From: Mycobacterium tuberculosis H37Rv
GTDB lineage: Bacteria > Actinomycetota > Actinomycetes > Mycobacteriales > Mycobacteriaceae
DNA: 32,000 bases
Direction: 5' to 3'
Assembly: GCF_000195955.2 (NCBI RefSeq)
Contig: NC_000962.3
Location: forward strand, 150,001-182,000
The position numbers and the translations under genes were made by a program. How positions within the stretch are numbered: position 1 is the first letter of the stretch; each line of letters begins with the position of its first letter. This document shows, one piece after another, positions 29,319 through 32,000 of the stretch. The notes under the pieces were generated by a model. It saw nothing but the letters and a program-made list of their open reading frames with translations, was not told the origin of the DNA and did no database searches.

Positions 29319-30896
29319 TCATTGGCGAGGTCGGTAAACGGTAGTCGGTGGACGTCGATGCCGTCGGGAATCCGTTAGGTGACGAGGCCCTCGATGTTTC
29401 GAACGGTGTCCGAGGCCGCCGCGAGGAGGGTGAGCAATTCCACGCCGCCCGCTATCGATCGTGCCTAAACCTACGGTGGCCGCCAGGGGATAGCCGATCG
29501 CGTTGATCAGATTGCCCGCAGCGAGTTGCCTGACGAACAGTTGGGTGGTGTACAGCGGCAGGGTGGTGACCAGGGCGAGGGCGATGTCCACGGTGGGCAG
29601 CAGGACGGCGTAGTTGGTTGAGATGATCCTGGCGAGCGTGTTCACCACCTCGGCCGGCGTCGGTGCGGCGGCCACCGCGGCCACCAGATCGGCGGGTTGC
29701 GGCAGCTGGATCTGCGGGAGCGTGAGCGGTTGCGCGGACAGCGCCTGCAGGTCGGCCGTGAAGTCAAGGATGCCTTCTTGTGTTCCGGCGGCCAGGGCAT
29801 CGGCGATGACCTGAGGCGGCACGTTCGGCCACAGCCCGAACGGCGTTCGCACATCGGCGTAGCTCGTCGAGTAGCCGTAGTTCGGGTCGCCGTAGCCCAG
29901 GTTGACGATCACCTTCAGGTTCGGCTGGATCAGGTCGGCCAGCGGATCTCCGATGACCGGCACCGCCCGCAGCGGTTGCAGCAGCGGCCGATTCTCGGTG
30001 CGGATGATGTAGTAGTCGGTGACCCCCGTATAGCCCGGCGACGTCGGTAATTTAGTAGCGCCCTCGACCTGCGCGGGCGTGAGGTCCAAATACTTGGTGT
30101 GTACGAATGTGATGCCTGCAACCGCGTTGAGGTCGGAAATGAAGTTGAGCGGGTATCGCGAGAAGTCGGCGAACCCGTCGTACTCGAGCGTGTAGATGGC
30201 CGTCGGATAGATCGTGTCCGAGGGCGTTGCGCCATAGAACGTCAGGTCCAGAGTCGGAAGCGTCAGATCCGGGAACCGCGCGAGCATACCGCCATTGGGG
30301 TTCATTTCATTGCCGACAAGCACGAAATTGAGGTCGCTCGCCGAAGGTGCGGCCCCGCCCATCGCCGTGAACCTCTGCATCTCCAGCGACGCGATTATGG
30401 CGCTTTGCGACCAGCCGAAAACGGTGACCGCGTTTCCGGTGGTCGCGAGCTCTACCATGATCGCGTCGTGCAAGATGGTCAAGCCCTCTTCCACTGACGT
30501 GTTGAGGACCAAACTTCTGACACCGGTGAGTGGGTACAACTCTTCGGGTGTGAAGACGGCTTGTAGCGCCCGCCGAACGGACCTACAGCGTATTGGCGGC
30601 GTCAACATAGACGGCGGTGGTAGTGGAATTCCGGTGGGCCCAAAGAACAAGGTGGTCAAGTTCGCCGGGAATGGCGGAATCATCGCGGCCGCCGCGGGGG
30701 TTGGTGCGGCGGCGGGCACAGCCAGCTGATTTTGCCGGGTGCTGGCGATGGCGGCCTCGGCATCTGCGTAGCTGTTCGCCGCGGCGGCCAACGTCTGGTG
30801 GAACCTAACTGTGAAACGCCTCGACTTGAGCGAGCACGGCCTGGTATTCCTGGCCGTATGCGCCGAACGGTTTCGCGATGGCGGCCGACACCTCAT
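29319..30896 (-). CDS. PE2: PE2 body: linker plus PE-PPE hydrolase-like domain, lacking its PE domain in this frame (probably part of a frameshifted gene)
   Basis: The long ORF (open to 30920; ATG 30896 gives 525 aa) is colinear with PE1 from ...RFHQTLAAAANSYADAEAA... onward and carries VFGWSQSAIIASLE. Its first ~30 codons are the PE-domain DNA read out of frame. Confidence 0.75.
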   Translation of the reverse strand: MRCRPPSRNRSAHTARNTRPCSLKSRRFTVRFHQTLAAAANSYADAEAAIASTRQNQLAVPAAAPTPAAAAMIPPFPANLTTLFFGPTGIPLPPPSMLTPPIRCRSVRRALQAVFTPEELYPLTGVRSLVLNTSVEEGLTILHDAIMVELATTGNAVTVFGWSQSAIIASLEMQRFTAMGGAAPSASDLNFVLVGNEMNPNGGMLARFPDLTLPTLDLTFYGATPSDTIYPTAIYTLEYDGFADFSRYPLNFISDLNAVAGITFVHTKYLDLTPAQVEGATKLPTSPGYTGVTDYYIIRTENRPLLQPLRAVPVIGDPLADLIQPNLKVIVNLGYGDPNYGYSTSYADVRTPFGLWPNVPPQVIADALAAGTQEGILDFTADLQALSAQPLTLPQIQLPQPADLVAAVAAAPTPAEVVNTLARIISTNYAVLLPTVDIALALVTTLPLYTTQLFVRQLAAGNLINAIGYPLAATVGLGTIDSGRRGIAHPPRGGLGHRSKHRGPRHLTDSRRHRRPPTTVYRPRQ

Positions 30897-31029
30897 CGCC
30901 GGCCGCCGCGGCCAGTGCACACGTCGGGCCTGCCGCGGCCGCGCCGGCCGTACTCACGGCCGAACCGATTCCTGCCACCTCGGCGGCGGCCGCCGCTACG
31001 ATCCGCGGCTCAGCGATCAGATACGACAT
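30805..31029 (-). CDS. PE2: PE domain fragment belonging to PE2, separated by a frameshift
   Basis: MSYLIAEPRIVAAAAAEVAGIGSAVSTAGAAAAGPTCALAAAAGDEVSAAIAKPFGAYGQEYQAVLAQVEAFHS-stop is a canonical PE N-terminus. GGGGAG (31037-31042) lies 7 nt upstream of ATG 31029. Confidence 0.8.
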   Translation of the reverse strand: MSYLIAEPRIVAAAAAEVAGIGSAVSTAGAAAAGPTCALAAAAGDEVSAAIAKPFGAYGQEYQAVLAQVEAFHS

Positions 31030-31122
31030 CGTCTCACTCCCCTAGCACCAGGTGTCGGCCAACCGGGTCAACCCGGGGTTTTGGTCAGCCCAGAGCGGTC
31101 CCGCTGCCCTGGTGGTCGCTTA

Positions 31123-31139
31123 CGCGAATCGGATTCGCG
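31123..31139. other. 17-bp palindrome CGCGAATCgGATTCGCG between the ptpB stop and the PE2 upstream region
   Basis: Read directly from the sequence. It lies 16 nt beyond the ptpB stop codon (31155-31157). It could be a small terminator hairpin or a binding site. Confidence 0.25.
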
Positions 31140-31154
31140 CGAAAGCGTTTCCCC

Positions 31155-31985
31155 TCATCCGAGCAGCACCCCGCGCATCCGGTTGACTGTGGCCTGGCTG
31201 ATACCGGCGTCGCGCAGGTAGCCGCCCAGCGATCCGTAGGTCTCGTCAATGGTCTGGCGTGCGGCGGCCAGGTACTCCGCGCGGACACCCAGGACCCCGT
31301 CGGACAGCCGGGCCTTGGTGAACGTCACCACCTCGGGTGCCAGTTCGGTGTCGAAACGCTGCTGGATCATCTCGGAGATCCGGGCCCGCAGTTGTGGCAC
31401 GGAGTCGTTGCTGCGCAGGTAGTCGGCGACGATGACGTCGCGGTCCAGGCCGACCGCTTCAAGCACCAGCGCGACCACGAAGCCGGTGCGATCCTTACCC
31501 GCGAAGCAGTGGGTGAGCACCGGGCGTCCGGCGGCAAGCAGTGTGACGACACGATGTAGCGCGCGCTGTGCTCCATTGCGCGTTGGGAATTGGCGATACT
31601 CGTCGGTCATGTAGCGGGTGGCCGCGTCATTTATCGACTGGCTGGATTCGCCGGACTCGCCGTTGGACCCGTCATTGGTTAGCAGCCTCTTGAATGCGGT
31701 TTCGTGCGGCGCTGAGTCGTCGGCGTCATCATCGGCGAGGTCGGGGAACGGCAGCAGGTGGACGTCGATGCCGTCCGGAACCCGTCCTGGACCGCGGCGG
31801 GCAACCTCCCGGGACGACCGCAGGTCGGCAACGTCGGTGATCCCCAGCCGGCGCAGCGTTGCCCGGCCGGCGTCGTCGAGGCGGCTCAGCTCGCTGGACC
31901 GGAACAGCCGCCCCGGCCGCAATGCGGTTGCGGTGTCGGCGACGTCACGAAAGTTCCACGCGCCCGGCAGTTCACGGACAGCCAT
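31155..31985 (-). CDS. ptpB: Secreted phosphotyrosine/phosphoinositide phosphatase PtpB
   Basis: 276-aa ORF with the CX5R P-loop HCFAGKDRTG. The sequence is recognised as Rv0153c. Confidence 0.95.
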   Translation of the reverse strand: MAVRELPGAWNFRDVADTATALRPGRLFRSSELSRLDDAGRATLRRLGITDVADLRSSREVARRGPGRVPDGIDVHLLPFPDLADDDADDSAPHETAFKRLLTNDGSNGESGESSQSINDAATRYMTDEYRQFPTRNGAQRALHRVVTLLAAGRPVLTHCFAGKDRTGFVVALVLEAVGLDRDVIVADYLRSNDSVPQLRARISEMIQQRFDTELAPEVVTFTKARLSDGVLGVRAEYLAAARQTIDETYGSLGGYLRDAGISQATVNRMRGVLLG

Positions 31986-32000
31986 CTCAGGTGACCGCCG

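Noticed and set aside
30800-30812. Programmed +1 ribosomal frameshift joining the PE domain to the PE2 body
   Set aside because: The site (cac agt tag g) has no slippery run in which the P-site tRNA could re-pair in the +1 frame, and I see no upstream SD-like stimulator. PE2 also carries further frame disruptions elsewhere, which fits mutational decay better. I cannot fully exclude it without experimental data.
31987-32000. Probable 3' end of the next minus-strand gene (tca at 31987-31989 would be its stop; I recall fadE2 lying here)
   Set aside because: Only 14 nt are inside the window, which is far too little to support a call from the sequence.

Overview
High-GC actinobacterial chromosome. 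I recognise the gene order and protein sequences, from memory and with no search possible, as the Mycobacterium tuberculosis complex segment PE_PGRS2-pepA-treS-mak-(membrane protein)-fbpC-htdZ-fadE1-fgd2-...-cyp138-msrA-...-PE1-PE2-ptpB (H37Rv tags Rv0124 to Rv0153c). About 30 protein-coding genes or gene fragments lie on both strands, along with one 53-bp MIRU-type minisatellite and several intergenic hairpins and palindromes. I see no rRNA, tRNA, CRISPR array, IS element, integrase, phage or toxin-antitoxin genes. Most of the window is ordinary, already-described core genome: alpha-glucan entry enzymes, antigen 85C, lipid and redox enzymes, two TetR regulators, a ClC channel and a secreted phosphatase. 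I do not find a convincing new multi-gene system and do not want to oversell one. Five things deserve a second look. (1) The PE1/PE2 locus reads as a decay series of three tandem PE + PE-PPE (hydrolase-like) paralogues. PE1 is intact, though its likely true start is an SD-preceded TTG downstream of the longest-ORF ATG. PE2 carries about four frame disruptions and its PE domain is split off in another frame. A third copy is reduced to a relic that includes the 95-aa ORF at 26665-26952. (2) The MIRU repeat couples treS to mak through chained ATGA-overlapping 18-codon mini-ORFs. (3) A perfect 17-bp inverted repeat at 27236-27287 is unexplained. (4) AT-rich palindromes and shared TAGGTA/TAGCAT motifs around the TetR gene at 20284-21126 and the tandem methyltransferases look like unmapped operators, and they suggest a mis-set start for that TetR. 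(5) There is an uncharacterised AlkA-like glycosylase. Many long ORFs in the six-frame track are off-frame artefacts of the high GC content and were rejected.
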